Positions 15,804-26,707 of a stretch of 32,000 bases of DNA are shown here, one piece after another. The stretch's first letter is position 1. Every line of letters starts with the position of its first letter. A program made the translations under genes and the position numbers. The stretch is from the NCBI RefSeq assembly GCF_002803295.2, contig NZ_PGGB02000001.1, forward strand, positions 77,477 through 109,476, given 5' to 3'. Origin of the DNA: Caedibacter taeniospiralis. Its GTDB lineage: Bacteria; Pseudomonadota; Gammaproteobacteria; Francisellales; Francisellaceae. The notes below the pieces were generated by a model. That model searched no databases. It was not told the origin of the DNA and worked only from the letters and a program-made list of their open reading frames with translations.

Positions 15804-17754
15804 ACGGATAAAAATATTACCGACAGAGCTCGCCAATCAAATCGCTGCAGGTGAGGTGGTGGAGCGACCGTCGTCAATTGTCAAAGAGTTATTTGAAAAT
15901 GCGCTTGATGCAGGAGCCACTGAAATCACTCTTGAACTTGAGCATGGAGGCAAAGAAAAGATTTTAATTCGCGACAATGGGATGGGCATAGCCAAAGAGG
16001 ATCTGCCATTAACCCTTATGCCACATGCAACAAGTAAAATTTATTGCCTGGATGAATTAGAAGCGATTGCAAGTATGGGCTTTAGGGGAGAGGCGCTTGC
16101 CAGTATTGGCTCAATTGCTAAAGTAAAAATTACCTCAAAAACGCAAAGCGACTCGCATGCCTGGTGCTTGGACAACCAATTGGGCGATGATTTAATTCCT
16201 GCCTCTCATCCTGTTGGCACCACGATTGAAGTGTCAGAGGTTTTTTATAATACGCCAGCACGGCGTAAATTTTTAAAAGCTGAGCGCACCGAGTATGTGC
16301 ACATTGATGAGTTACTGAAGAAATTCATGCTGTGTCATTTTCATATGGCTCTCACCATTTTGCATAATGGCAAAGAGGTGAAGTCCTATCCAATTGCGGA
16401 TACGCCGCAAAAGCAGCAGCAACGGATTGCCGAGATTTGTGGCGAGGAGTTTATTGAAAATGCGCTGATGATCCAAGAAGAGTCTATGGGTCTACAATTG
16501 CATGGTTGGGTGGCGAAACCACAGTTTTCAAAGTCGCGTGCGGAGTTGCAGTATTTCTATGTCAATGGTCGGATCATCAAAGATAAACTCGTTGCGCACG
16601 CAATAAAGCAGGCCTATAAAGATGTACTACATCACCAGCTTTATCCAGCGTTTATTTTGTTTTTTAGTATAGAGCCCTCGGCTGTGGATGTGAATGTTCA
16701 TCCAACAAAGCATGAAGTACGTTTTCGCGAGTCGCGTTTGGTACACGATTTTTTATTTGCCAAAATTCATCACGCATTGGCGCAAACTACGCCGAAAAAT
16801 GTTGAAGAAAGCGGATTGGCAGATGACTCCAAGGACGTTTCAACACTTTATGAGCAAGCTTCTAAGGAGAAAAAGGAATTGACACCAGCTTTTCAAACAG
16901 CTGGTTTTACGATAAAACCGCAGCAAAATCATACAAAGAGCATGTCGTTGTATGAGCAGCTTATCGCTAAATCCAATGGCGATACAGGGAAAAACCAGGT
17001 CTTTACAGCCACCACAGGCTTATCAGGTGCTTTAAAAGAGGTAGATCAATGGCAAACGGCGACTCAGCTGGCTATGCCATTAGAAATTGACCCAGCAGAT
17101 CAGCTGACTAGAGATGGCGAAAGTGCGGCTAAAGTACTTAATGAAGCACAACCCGTGACAGAGGTAAAAACTTACCCTTTAGGCTTCGCCATTGCACAGG
17201 TTCATGGAATTTTTATTCTCGCACAAACCGAAGATGGGTTGATTGTGGTTGACATGCACGCCGCTCATGAGCGCGTGTTGTATGAGAAAGTTAAACGGTT
17301 GTGGGCAAACAAAACCCCTTTCTCGCAAACGCTATTGTTGCCATTGACATTTGAATTAAGCCCACTGCTATTGGATGTGTTACTAGAGCATGAAGTGCTG
17401 TTGAATCAATTAGGGTTTGATTATTCAGCCTTGGGGGAAAAGACCTTGGTTGTGCGTGAAATCCCAGTGTATTTGAAGAATAATGATATTCAGACCCTGC
17501 TTTTAGACATTGCAAAAAGCCTTGAGCTAGGCGGCAAAACCAAACCGATGGAAGATTACTTGCATCAAATCCTTGCGACGATGTCTTGTCATAAAGCAGT
17601 GCGCGCCCATGATCAAATCACGCTTCAAGAGATGAATCAGCTATTGCGTGACATGGAAGGGACGGAACGCGCAGACCAATGTAACCATGGCAGACCCACA
17701 TGGGTCAAGCTGACGATAGTGGACTTGGATAAGCTCTTTATGCGTGGAAAGTAG
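15796..17754 (+). CDS. mutL: DNA mismatch repair endonuclease MutL
   Basis: 652 aa. It has the GHKL N-terminus IKILPTELANQIAAGEVVERPSSIVKELFENALDAGA and the C-terminal CNHGRPTW motif. It overlaps the coaBC stop by 8 nt. Confidence 0.92.
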   Translation: MNRRIKILPTELANQIAAGEVVERPSSIVKELFENALDAGATEITLELEHGGKEKILIRDNGMGIAKEDLPLTLMPHATSKIYCLDELEAIASMGFRGEALASIGSIAKVKITSKTQSDSHAWCLDNQLGDDLIPASHPVGTTIEVSEVFYNTPARRKFLKAERTEYVHIDELLKKFMLCHFHMALTILHNGKEVKSYPIADTPQKQQQRIAEICGEEFIENALMIQEESMGLQLHGWVAKPQFSKSRAELQYFYVNGRIIKDKLVAHAIKQAYKDVLHHQLYPAFILFFSIEPSAVDVNVHPTKHEVRFRESRLVHDFLFAKIHHALAQTTPKNVEESGLADDSKDVSTLYEQASKEKKELTPAFQTAGFTIKPQQNHTKSMSLYEQLIAKSNGDTGKNQVFTATTGLSGALKEVDQWQTATQLAMPLEIDPADQLTRDGESAAKVLNEAQPVTEVKTYPLGFAIAQVHGIFILAQTEDGLIVVDMHAAHERVLYEKVKRLWANKTPFSQTLLLPLTFELSPLLLDVLLEHEVLLNQLGFDYSALGEKTLVVREIPVYLKNNDIQTLLLDIAKSLELGGKTKPMEDYLHQILATMSCHKAVRAHDQITLQEMNQLLRDMEGTERADQCNHGRPTWVKLTIVDLDKLFMRGK

Positions 17755-17806
17755 GGGCGAAAAATCTTTCACCCCTTAGTGTGCCATTAGGTTATACAAT
17801 ACGCCC

Positions 17807-18709
17807 CTAAACATAGGTCAGAGCATCTGATGCAACGATACCTTGAGTAATTTCGGCAAAACATTTTTTGATATGTTTCGTTACTTCACCCGTTTCACCA
17901 TGCCCTGCGATCTTTTGATCATCAACACTGCGGATTGGGGTGATCTCAGCCGCAGTACCACTGAAAAATGCCTCGTCTGCCTGGAGAATATCTGCAACTT
18001 TAAAGTAGATTTCATGGACTTTATAGCCTTGCTCTTTAGCAATCTGAATGACTACTCTACGCGTGATGCCATCCAAAATAGTGCCCAGCGGGGTGGTGAA
18101 AATTTCATTAGCTTTAACATAGAAAATATTTTGTGCCGCACCCTCAGCGACATTACCATCAGCATCTAGCAGTAATGCCTCATGGTAATGCGTACCACGA
18201 ATTTGCATACTAGCCAGCATACTATTGACATAATGTCCTGAGATCTTTGCATCACATACGGTCGATTTTGGATGAATTCGAATATATTGACTGACCATCA
18301 CATCAACGCTTTCAGCCCCCAAATAACGTCCCATTGGCAAACACCAGATAATAACCTCAATCGGGTGTTCTGGTTTGGGTAACACCCCAACGCTTTCGGT
18401 GTTACCATAAAAAGCCAATGGTCTTATATAGCAAGAATCAAGCCCGCTTTTTTTAACAGTATCAATCACCGCTTGACACATCTCATCAACCGTATATGGA
18501 GGTTTCATCCCCAATGCTTTCATTGAGTAGTCAAAGCGCTGCATATGCTCTTTAAGCTTAAAAATGGCAGTGCCCTTAGACGTTTTATAGGCGCGAATCC
18601 CCTCAAAAACAGCTGAACCATAATGTAGCGCATGCGTCATGACACTGATTACCGCTTTTTCTTTTTCAAAAAATTGACCATTCTGCCAAATATATGTCTG
18701 TTCGCTCAC
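17807..18709 (-). CDS. ilvE: branched-chain amino acid aminotransferase (class IV)
   Basis: 300 aa. YIWQNGQF, ALHYGSAVFEGIRAY and the EGAAQNIF motif are present. The GTG start has GGAGGA 9 nt upstream. Confidence 0.88.
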   Translation of the reverse strand: MSEQTYIWQNGQFFEKEKAVISVMTHALHYGSAVFEGIRAYKTSKGTAIFKLKEHMQRFDYSMKALGMKPPYTVDEMCQAVIDTVKKSGLDSCYIRPLAFYGNTESVGVLPKPEHPIEVIIWCLPMGRYLGAESVDVMVSQYIRIHPKSTVCDAKISGHYVNSMLASMQIRGTHYHEALLLDADGNVAEGAAQNIFYVKANEIFTTPLGTILDGITRRVVIQIAKEQGYKVHEIYFKVADILQADEAFFSGTAAEITPIRSVDDQKIAGHGETGEVTKHIKKCFAEITQGIVASDALTYV

Positions 18710-18802
18710 TTGCGTTTATCCTCCAAAAAAATGCTACAAAACTCACTAAATGTGATCACTAAAACTTGATTGTAAATTACCAAAGAAAAAACAAATTGCC
18801 GC

Positions 18803-18895
18803 CTACCAGCGAGGCAGTCGCAGAGACAGAGTAAGAGGGGAAAGCGCCAAAGGCAACGAGTGCTTTTTTGCTGTTTTCGACATCACAAGCCTCCT
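18803..18895 (-). promoter_or_regulatory. candidate leader ORF (26 codons, Leu-rich) with consensus Shine-Dalgarno, upstream of ilvE
   Basis: On the minus strand, AGGAGG (18895-18890) is followed by a 6-nt spacer and ATG 18883. The ORF reads MSKTAKKHSLPLALSPLTLSLRLPRW with stop TAG at 18805-18803, and a T-run (AATTTGTTTTTTCTTT) follows immediately. Only a weak hairpin precedes the T-run. Confidence 0.25.
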
Positions 18896-19080
18896 GCGCT
18901 TTTTAATGACAACCGAAACAAGCTACCATCATCGCCAGCGAAGCGCAACCGTAAGATAAATGTTTTTACTTTTTAATGTCTTGAGAAAGATGGTTATTTA
19001 CGTTTCGGCATTGACCGTATTGCTGCCCGCAAAGGCGCATTTAATACGCCCCTACGTTTATTCATAAAAATTTCAGGCAT

Positions 19081-19107
19081 AAAAAAAGCGACTCAAGGTC
19101 GCTTTTC
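19081..19107 (-). terminator. rho-independent terminator downstream of rpsJ
   Basis: On the minus strand, AGCGAC-cttga-GTCGCT (6-bp stem, 19087-19103) is followed by a run of T (complement of the A7 run at 19081-19087). It lies about 45 nt after the rpsJ stop. An AT-rich 7-bp hairpin (19116-19135) lies just before it. Confidence 0.6.
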
Positions 19108-19146
19108 GCAAGAAGGCATTGTATTGCAACAATGCTCAATTTAGTC

Positions 19147-19470
19147 TCAGTTTAAGCTGATCTGTACATCAACCCCCGCAGCCAGATCAAGTTTCATTAG
19201 GGCATCTACTGTTTTTTCAGTTGGCTCAACGATATCGATCAAACGCTTGTGAGTTCTGATTTCATACTGGTCACGAGCATCCTTATTAACGTGTGGAGAA
19301 ATCAGTATCGTGAAACGCTCTTTACGTACGGGAAGAGGGATAGGACCTCTTACCTGCGCGCCTGTTCTTTTTGCTGTTTCAACAATCTCTTTAGTTGATA
19401 GATCAATTAATTTATGGTCAAACGCTTTCAAGCGAATGCGAATGCGCTGGTTACTTATATTTGTTGCCAT
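19147..19470 (-). CDS. rpsJ: 30S ribosomal protein S10
   Basis: 107 aa. [15 protein letters not shown]...[17 protein letters not shown].. is the classic S10 sequence. Confidence 0.95.
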   Translation of the reverse strand: MATNISNQRIRIRLKAFDHKLIDLSTKEIVETAKRTGAQVRGPIPLPVRKERFTILISPHVNKDARDQYEIRTHKRLIDIVEPTEKTVDALMKLDLAAGVDVQISLN

Positions 19471-19488
19471 TTTATTTCAACCTTCTAG

Positions 19489-21585
19489 TTATGAGTTACG
19501 CTTTTTAATGATGTCTTCTGCAATATTATTTGGCACTTCTGCATACTTTTCAAACTCCATAGAGAATGACGCACGCCCTTGAGAGATTGAGCGTACATTC
19601 GTTGCATAACCAAACATCTCCGCCAATGGCACCAAAGCATTGACCACCTTACCACTTGGATTTTCATCCATGCCAGAGATCATGCCGCGACGACGGTTTA
19701 AGTCACCAATCACATCACCCATATACTCTTCAGGCATAACCACTTCAACTTTCATCAAAGGCTCCAGAATCACAGGCGACGCTTTTTGTGCACCCGCTTT
19801 GACAGCCATTGAACCCGCGATTTTAAATGCCATCTCAGATGAGTCCACATCGTGATATGAACCATCATAAAGCGTTGCTTTCACATCAATCATAGGATAT
19901 CCCGCAATGACGCCGTTCTTCAATTGCTCTTCAATCCCCTTACCGACGGCACCGATATATTCTCTAGGCACTGTACCACCAACGATCTGGTCGACAAACT
20001 CAAAGCCTTTACCCATTTCTTGCGGTTCCAACTTGATCCATACATGACCGTATTGACCACGACCACCAGACTGGCGAACAAACTTACCTTCCGCCTCAAC
20101 TTTTTGCTTAATTGTTTCGCGGTAAGCTACTTGTGGGTTACCTACATTCGCTTCTACTTTGAACTCACGCCTCATACGATCAACAATAATCTCCAGGTGA
20201 AGTTCACCCATTCCAGAGATAATCGTTTGACCTGATTCCTCGTCCGTATGTACGCGGAAAGATGGATCTTCTGCTGCTAGACGACCCAATGCTAAAGACA
20301 TTTTTTCCTGGTCTGCTTTTGATTTTGGCTCAACCGCCACTGAAATTACTGGCTCTGGGAAGTCCATACGCTCCAGTGTGATAATTTTATTCTCATCACA
20401 CAACGTATCCCCTGTTGTCACCTGTTTCAATCCAATACATGCCGCAATATCACCCGCACGGACTTCTTTGATTTCATCGCGCTTATTGGCGTGCATTTGA
20501 ACGATACGACCGATACGCTCTTTCTTACCTTTTACTGGGTTATAAACAGAGTCACCTGATTGCAGTACACCCGAGTAAACACGGATAAACGTCAGGTTAC
20601 CAATAAATGGATCTGCTGCTAATTTAAATGCAAGCGCTGCAAATGGCTCATCATCGGAAGATTTACGTGATGCTTCTGTACCATCTTCTAACTCGCCACG
20701 AATCGCAGGGACTTCATTTGGCGCAGGAAGATAACGCACCACACCATCAAGAACTGCCTGAACGCCTTTATTTTTAAACGCTGAACCACAGAATGCCAAT
20801 ACGATTTCGTTATTAATCACACGCTGACGTAATCCCGCATGAATCTCATCATCGGTTAGCTCTTCACCTTCAAGGTATTTATTCATCAATACTTCATTAG
20901 CCTCAGCAGCTGCTTCAACAACCCCCTGGCGAAGCTCTGCAGCGTGCTTATGAAGCCCAGCTGGAATTTCTTCTAATGTATAGGTTAAGCCTTTATCTTC
21001 CTCGTTCCACATGATTGCTTTCATGCGCACAAGGTCAATAACTCCTTTGAATTCTTCTTCAGCGCCAATATTTAGCTGCATAGGCACAACAGTCGCTTTC
21101 AAGCGCGTTCTGATTTGACCCAACACGCGCTCAAAGTTGGCTCCCGCTCTATCCATTTTGTTCACAAATACGATGCGCGGAACGCCATATTTATTTGCCT
21201 GGCGCCACACCGTTTCTGATTGTGGCTCAACACCAGAAGAACCACAGAAAACAACAACTGCACCATCTAATACGCGCAAAGAACGCTCTACTTCGATCGT
21301 GAAGTCCACGTGTCCTGGGGTGTCGATAATGTTAATGCGATGCTTGTCAAACTGTTTATCCATACCTTGCCAGAAAACAGTGGTCGCAGCAGAGGTAATC
21401 GTGATTCCACGCTCCTGTTCCTGCTCCATCCAGTCCATTGTTGCGGTACCATCATGCACCTCACCAATTTTGTGAGAAACACCTGTATAAAACAACACCC
21501 GCTCGGTGGTGGTTGTTTTTCCCGCATCAACGTGGGCACAGATGCCAATATTCCTGTATTTACTAAGTTCTGTCGCTCGTGACAT
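19489..21585 (-). CDS. fusA: translation elongation factor G
   Basis: 698 aa. [52 protein letters not shown] and NKMDR are present. Confidence 0.97.
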   Translation of the reverse strand: MSRATELSKYRNIGICAHVDAGKTTTTERVLFYTGVSHKIGEVHDGTATMDWMEQEQERGITITSAATTVFWQGMDKQFDKHRINIIDTPGHVDFTIEVERSLRVLDGAVVVFCGSSGVEPQSETVWRQANKYGVPRIVFVNKMDRAGANFERVLGQIRTRLKATVVPMQLNIGAEEEFKGVIDLVRMKAIMWNEEDKGLTYTLEEIPAGLHKHAAELRQGVVEAAAEANEVLMNKYLEGEELTDDEIHAGLRQRVINNEIVLAFCGSAFKNKGVQAVLDGVVRYLPAPNEVPAIRGELEDGTEASRKSSDDEPFAALAFKLAADPFIGNLTFIRVYSGVLQSGDSVYNPVKGKKERIGRIVQMHANKRDEIKEVRAGDIAACIGLKQVTTGDTLCDENKIITLERMDFPEPVISVAVEPKSKADQEKMSLALGRLAAEDPSFRVHTDEESGQTIISGMGELHLEIIVDRMRREFKVEANVGNPQVAYRETIKQKVEAEGKFVRQSGGRGQYGHVWIKLEPQEMGKGFEFVDQIVGGTVPREYIGAVGKGIEEQLKNGVIAGYPMIDVKATLYDGSYHDVDSSEMAFKIAGSMAVKAGAQKASPVILEPLMKVEVVMPEEYMGDVIGDLNRRRGMISGMDENPSGKVVNALVPLAEMFGYATNVRSISQGRASFSMEFEKYAEVPNNIAEDIIKKRNS

Positions 21586-21600
21586 GAGTTTTCTCCAATC

Positions 21601-22478
<878 letters not shown>

Positions 22479-22535
22479 TATTTACTCCGTAGTTTTTTAA
22501 ACATCTGATCTTTGCTAAATATAAAAAGACGCGGC

Positions 22536-22565
22536 ATTATATACAAAAGGCATGCCAATTTGCAA
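22536..22565 (-). promoter_or_regulatory. sigma70-type promoter candidate for rpsL-rpsG-fusA-rpsJ
   Basis: On the minus strand, TTGCAA (22565-22560) is followed by an 18-nt spacer and TATAAT (22541-22536), about 58 nt upstream of the rpsL ATG. Confidence 0.45.
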
Positions 22566-22693
22566 GAAGTGGATTTGGGTTTATTCTGATTTAACAGAGT
22601 TTCTTGCAAAATTATCTAAATTTTAATCAATTCAAACTGGAACCAATGTAATAATATTGAGGTGATGATACGAATGTTGATGCGAGTAAATTC

Positions 22694-22972
22694 ATGGATG
22701 ACTTGTTAGGTGGTGAGCTGACTATTGGTGAGGCGATTTATACCATAAGGGTAACAGAATATGCTGATTTAAAACAATCTGAGTTTGCGGACAAAATCGG
22801 AGTTTCAAAAAGCTACTTATGTGACTTAGAACACAACAGAAAGAGCATAAGCATTGCAAAGGCTATTGATGTAGCCAATAAACTAGGACAAAGCAAAAGG
22901 TTTTTTGTAACTTTAGCAGTGCAAGACTCGTTAAGAAGGAATAGCTTAAAGTATAAGGTTAATCTGGCTTAG
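22694..22972 (+). CDS. XRE-family helix-turn-helix protein, antitoxin-like, no partner gene
   Basis: 92 aa. The HTH LKQSEFADKIGVSKSYLCDLEHNRKSISIAKAIDVANKLG is followed by FFVTLAVQDSL, as in HigA/XRE-type antitoxins. There is no toxin-sized ORF within 128 bp upstream or 96 bp downstream. Confidence 0.7.
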   Translation: MDDLLGGELTIGEAIYTIRVTEYADLKQSEFADKIGVSKSYLCDLEHNRKSISIAKAIDVANKLGQSKRFFVTLAVQDSLRRNSLKYKVNLA

Positions 22973-23068
22973 TGGGGCTGCTGAATAGTTATCACTAAGC
23001 TGTTGATTAAAATCCGATTTTTCGATTTTTAAAGAATCAAATCCCCCTTTGCTCTTTCAATATCAGGC

Positions 23069-23407
23069 TTAAAAAGCCGCTTTCACCCACTGAATTTCAC
23101 CCCCAGTAATACCAATAACATCAAAGCGGCATTCAGCATTCTGATATCGTGTATAACGCTGAAGGAAAATCTCCGCAGTTTTGCGAATCTTTATTTGTTT
23201 GGTTTTGCTCACCATGTCAAGTGCTGTGCCAAACTCAGCACTTCTTCTTGCCTTCACCTCAACAAATAGCACTATACCATCAAGGACGCCAATGAGATCA
23301 ATCTCACCCAGGGGGGTTGAAAAATTCTGACAAATGAGGCTAAAGCCATTTTGCTGTAAAAACTGACATGCCTGCTCTTCTGCATTTTGCCCTATTTGGC
23401 GACTCAT
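23069..23407 (-). CDS. yraN: YraN-family (UPF0102) endonuclease-like protein
   Basis: 112 aa. GEIDLIG, VLFVEVKARRS, RFDVIGITG..IQWVKAAF align with E. coli YraN. Confidence 0.85.
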   Translation of the reverse strand: MSRQIGQNAEEQACQFLQQNGFSLICQNFSTPLGEIDLIGVLDGIVLFVEVKARRSAEFGTALDMVSKTKQIKIRKTAEIFLQRYTRYQNAECRFDVIGITGGEIQWVKAAF

Positions 23408-25426
23408 CTACATAATTCCATTGTGGCGCAATAGTGCATCGATTGTTGGTTTTTGCCCTCTAAAGGATTCAAATAATTTAGCCGCAGGCTCGGAGCCTCC
23501 CTTTTCCAGAACTTCACGCATAAACTTCAGCCCTATTGATCTGTTCAACACCGAGCTTTGAGATTCAAACACCGAAAAAGCATCACTTGACAACACTTCT
23601 GCCCACTTGTAACTGTAGTACCCTGCGGAATACCCCCCTGCAAAAATATGTGAAAAGCTATTTTCAAAACGATTATATACAGGGGGATTTATCAATGCCG
23701 TGGAATTTCTCACCTCTTCTAGTACTTGGTGAATATCCAAATGCTCAACCTCTGCCTGATGCAGTTTCATATCAAATAATGCAAACTCCAATTGCCGCAA
23801 CATTGCAAGCCCTGATTGATATCGTCTTGATTGAATCAGTTTTTCAAACAAGGATCTCGGCAAAGACGCTCCCGTTTCAATGTGACAAGACAATAAACCC
23901 AAGCCCTCCTCACACCAGCAAAAGTTTTCCATAAACTGACTTGGTAACTCCACGGCATCCCATTCCACACCATTGATTCCGGATACAGGAAGATGTTCTA
24001 CTTGCGTCAAAATATGGTGTAGCGCATGACCGAACTCATGAAATAACGTCAATACATCATTATGTGTTAATAGTGCCCCTTTATCCGCTTTTGGCGGCAT
24101 AAAGTTGCAGGTTACATAAGCAACTGGAATCTGTATGCTTTGATCCAGACGCCTGTACCGCGTGCGACATTCATCCATCCAGGCACCATCACGCTTATGC
24201 TCTCTGGCAAATAAATCAACGATGATCGCTCCTCTTAAAGCATGACTTTCATCATAAAATTCATATAAAGCTGTCTCAGCCTGGTAACGATCCCAGCTCG
24301 CCACCTCACTTGCCCTAATTCCATAAAGTGATTCAATGACTTTTAGCAAACCGTGGGTAACATGAGCTAGCGGGAAATAAGGGCGCAACTCTTCAGCCGT
24401 AAAGCTATATTTAGCCTTCTTCATTTTTTCACTATAGTAGCTAACATCCCAGGACTTAAGCTCTTTGCCATACCCTTCACTCTCAACAAATGCTTGAAGT
24501 TCCCTAAGTTCTTTTTGCGCTTGCGGCTTTGCTTTCTCACACAGATCCTTTAAAAAATGTATGACCTCATCCACTGAACTCGCCATTTTGCTTGCCAAAG
24601 AGACTTCAGCATAGTTTCTGAATCCTAAAAGCTCAGCCTCTTTTGCCCTTAACTGCATAATTTCCTGCATGATTGGTGCATTATCGAAACGTTTATTTTC
24701 TGCCTGATCTGATGCACGTGTCACATACGCATGATAAAAGGCTTCACGCAATTGACGATTGTCAGCTTGCTGCATGACCGAAATATACGTTGGCGCATCA
24801 AGTCCCAGACAAAACCCATCCTTCCCTTGCGCCTTGGCTTTTTCTCTAGCCTGTGCTTTAGTGTTGACCGACAACCCATTAAGCTCTTTTTCATCTTCGG
24901 TCCAGTAATGCCAAGCCATCGTTGCATCAAGCACGTTGTTCTCAAAATCACTTTGGATTTTCGCAAGCCTTGTGGCAACCTCCTCAAATTGACTGCGCTT
25001 ATCGTCATCAAGATCAACGCCAGAGAGCTTAAAAGCACGAATGGCATCTCCAATGGCCTTAATCTGTGCTAAATCCAGCGTTTTATCTTCCTTTAAGATG
25101 CGCTGATATGCTTCCAGCATGCGCCTATCTTGTGCGGTTTGAGTTGAATATTCTGAAATTTTCTCTACACACGCTTGAAAAACCTCGCGCAATTTGGGGG
25201 TGTTTTTGACTGCATTTAAATGCGCCAAAGGACCAAACGTCTTAGAAAGCCTGTCTTCTTCTTCCTCCATCGGATAAATGAAGTTATTCCAGGTTAATGC
25301 TTTTTGTTGCAGTAAATTTTCTTTTAATTCTCTACAGCGCCGTATACAAGTCTCTACCTCAGCTTGTGCCTGATTAATATCCAGTGTAGAGAAAACAGGC
25401 AGGTCTAAATTAATAACATTTCTCAT
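23408..25426 (-). CDS. prlC: oligopeptidase A (M3 family zinc metallopeptidase)
   Basis: It has the HEFGHALHH zinc motif and aligns with PrlC from MRNVINLDLPVFSTLD. I prefer ATG 25426 (AAGGAA upstream) over the ORF-track ATG at 25459. Confidence 0.88.
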   Translation of the reverse strand: MRNVINLDLPVFSTLDINQAQAEVETCIRRCRELKENLLQQKALTWNNFIYPMEEEEDRLSKTFGPLAHLNAVKNTPKLREVFQACVEKISEYSTQTAQDRRMLEAYQRILKEDKTLDLAQIKAIGDAIRAFKLSGVDLDDDKRSQFEEVATRLAKIQSDFENNVLDATMAWHYWTEDEKELNGLSVNTKAQAREKAKAQGKDGFCLGLDAPTYISVMQQADNRQLREAFYHAYVTRASDQAENKRFDNAPIMQEIMQLRAKEAELLGFRNYAEVSLASKMASSVDEVIHFLKDLCEKAKPQAQKELRELQAFVESEGYGKELKSWDVSYYSEKMKKAKYSFTAEELRPYFPLAHVTHGLLKVIESLYGIRASEVASWDRYQAETALYEFYDESHALRGAIIVDLFAREHKRDGAWMDECRTRYRRLDQSIQIPVAYVTCNFMPPKADKGALLTHNDVLTLFHEFGHALHHILTQVEHLPVSGINGVEWDAVELPSQFMENFCWCEEGLGLLSCHIETGASLPRSLFEKLIQSRRYQSGLAMLRQLEFALFDMKLHQAEVEHLDIHQVLEEVRNSTALINPPVYNRFENSFSHIFAGGYSAGYYSYKWAEVLSSDAFSVFESQSSVLNRSIGLKFMREVLEKGGSEPAAKLFESFRGQKPTIDALLRHNGIM

Positions 25427-25523
25427 CGTATTTTTATTCCTTTGGCATAACTTCTTCATTCTGGTTGTGCTTTATAATACACTGATTCCACTGTGAAGAA
25501 ATACGAAAAAGTATCAATCAATA

Positions 25524-26168
25524 ATGCCCGCTGACCTCACTACTTACCTTAATGCCTTTGTAATGTTTATCATCCCTATGCTATTTGCCATCACACTGCA
25601 TGAGGCAGCGCATGGGTTTATTGCCAAACTTCGAGGCGACCAAACGGCTTATCTTATGGGGCGCGTGACACTTAACCCCATTAAGCACATCGATATTTTG
25701 GGAACGATTATTCTACCCACTGCCATGTTTCTATTAGGAACAGGCTTTCTTTTTGGCTGGGCAAAACCTGTTCCTGTTAATTTCAGCCATCTTAAAAAGC
25801 CGCGCCAAGACATGATTTTAGTGGCAATCGCAGGACCACTTGCCAACTTTGCTATGGCGATTATGTGGTTTTTATTATGGAAATTTGTCCCTAACTTTGG
25901 CTTCCACCAAATGGCACAATTTGGTGTTGTACTGAACTTAATGCTGATGGTGTTTAATCTACTGCCCATCCCACCTCTAGATGGCAGTCGCGTCGTTAGC
26001 GCCCTACTGCCCTATAAAGCCACTTTGCAATACAATCGCCTTGAGCGCTGGGGATTTCTAATCGTGCTGCTCTTATTGTTTATCCCCTTTGGTCAGTCAA
26101 ATTTACTTGCAAGCATACTGATCCCAATCATCAACAAACTCTATCAGCTCGTTCAGTTTATCTTTTGA
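25524..26168 (+). CDS. site-2 protease family (M50) membrane metalloprotease
   Basis: 214 aa. It has the HEAAHG (HExxH) motif in the first TM helix and NLLPIPPLDG in a later helix. Confidence 0.8.
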   Translation: MPADLTTYLNAFVMFIIPMLFAITLHEAAHGFIAKLRGDQTAYLMGRVTLNPIKHIDILGTIILPTAMFLLGTGFLFGWAKPVPVNFSHLKKPRQDMILVAIAGPLANFAMAIMWFLLWKFVPNFGFHQMAQFGVVLNLMLMVFNLLPIPPLDGSRVVSALLPYKATLQYNRLERWGFLIVLLLLFIPFGQSNLLASILIPIINKLYQLVQFIF

Positions 26169-26176
26169 GGTTAAGA

Positions 26177-26548
26177 ATGCAATTAGCACATGAAAAACCA
26201 GACACCGTGATTTACGTAAAACATTACCAGCATGGACAACTGACGCTACCACAAAAAATCCTTCATAACAGCGTTATTATTACCCCTGAAATGATCCTTC
26301 AGGAAAATTGGGGTGTGCGAGATATTGATAAGCTTGACGTTCATGAGCTTTCAGGCTTTATTGGATTTGACGCTAATATTTATCTCCTTGGCACAGGGAG
26401 GACGATCCAAATCCCCAAAGATGAGATAATAATCGCATTCGCGCGCTTAGGGAAGTCGCTGGATTTTATGGACTCAGCCGCGGCATGCCGCACATTCAAC
26501 ATTCTTGCCAATGAAGGACGCAATGTGGTTGCTGCAATTATTGTATAG
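26177..26548 (+). CDS. Mth938-like (DUF498/NDUFAF3-like) domain protein
   Basis: About 123 aa. LLGTG and DSAAACRTFNILANEGRNVVAAI are typical of the Mth938 domain. I use ATG 26177 (GAGG 6 nt upstream) rather than the TTG at 26165. Confidence 0.7.
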   Translation: MQLAHEKPDTVIYVKHYQHGQLTLPQKILHNSVIITPEMILQENWGVRDIDKLDVHELSGFIGFDANIYLLGTGRTIQIPKDEIIIAFARLGKSLDFMDSAAACRTFNILANEGRNVVAAIIV

Positions 26549-26644
26549 CCTGAATTTACTCACGGTGATCCCTGCAAAAAGTCAACTTCCTTTCATTCTC
26601 CATTAATTTTTAGATAACCTAACTTGATATCCCTTTACTACCTG

Positions 26645-26679
26645 CCCTGATTAGGATTATAGTAATCAGGGATTTTTAT
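26645..26679 (+). terminator. rho-independent terminator after the M50/Mth938 pair
   Basis: CCCTGATTA (26645-26653), a 9-nt loop, and TAATCAGGG (26663-26671) are followed by ATTTTTAT. Confidence 0.65.
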
Positions 26680-26707
26680 ATGTTCAACACAATAGAAGGA
26701 AGAAAAA

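Noticed and set aside
17755-17806. Possible bidirectional terminator between the convergent mutL and ilvE genes
   Set aside because: Only a 4-5 bp GGGG/CCCC stem with a 14-nt loop, or a GGGGCG/CGCCCC pair with a ~35-nt loop, can be drawn. Neither strand has a T-run. This is too weak to call.
18994-19080. 28-codon basic ORF (MPEIFMNKRRGVLNAPLRAAIRSMPKRK) on the minus strand
   Set aside because: It starts immediately after the T-run of the rpsJ terminator and has no RBS. It shows no resemblance to small ribosomal proteins.
25474-25479. Perfect TATAAT hexamer upstream of the M50 protease gene
   Set aside because: I found no acceptable -35 element (CTTCTT/TTCTTC at 16-18 nt spacing) and no extended -10 TG. 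It is plausible but not supportable as a promoter call.
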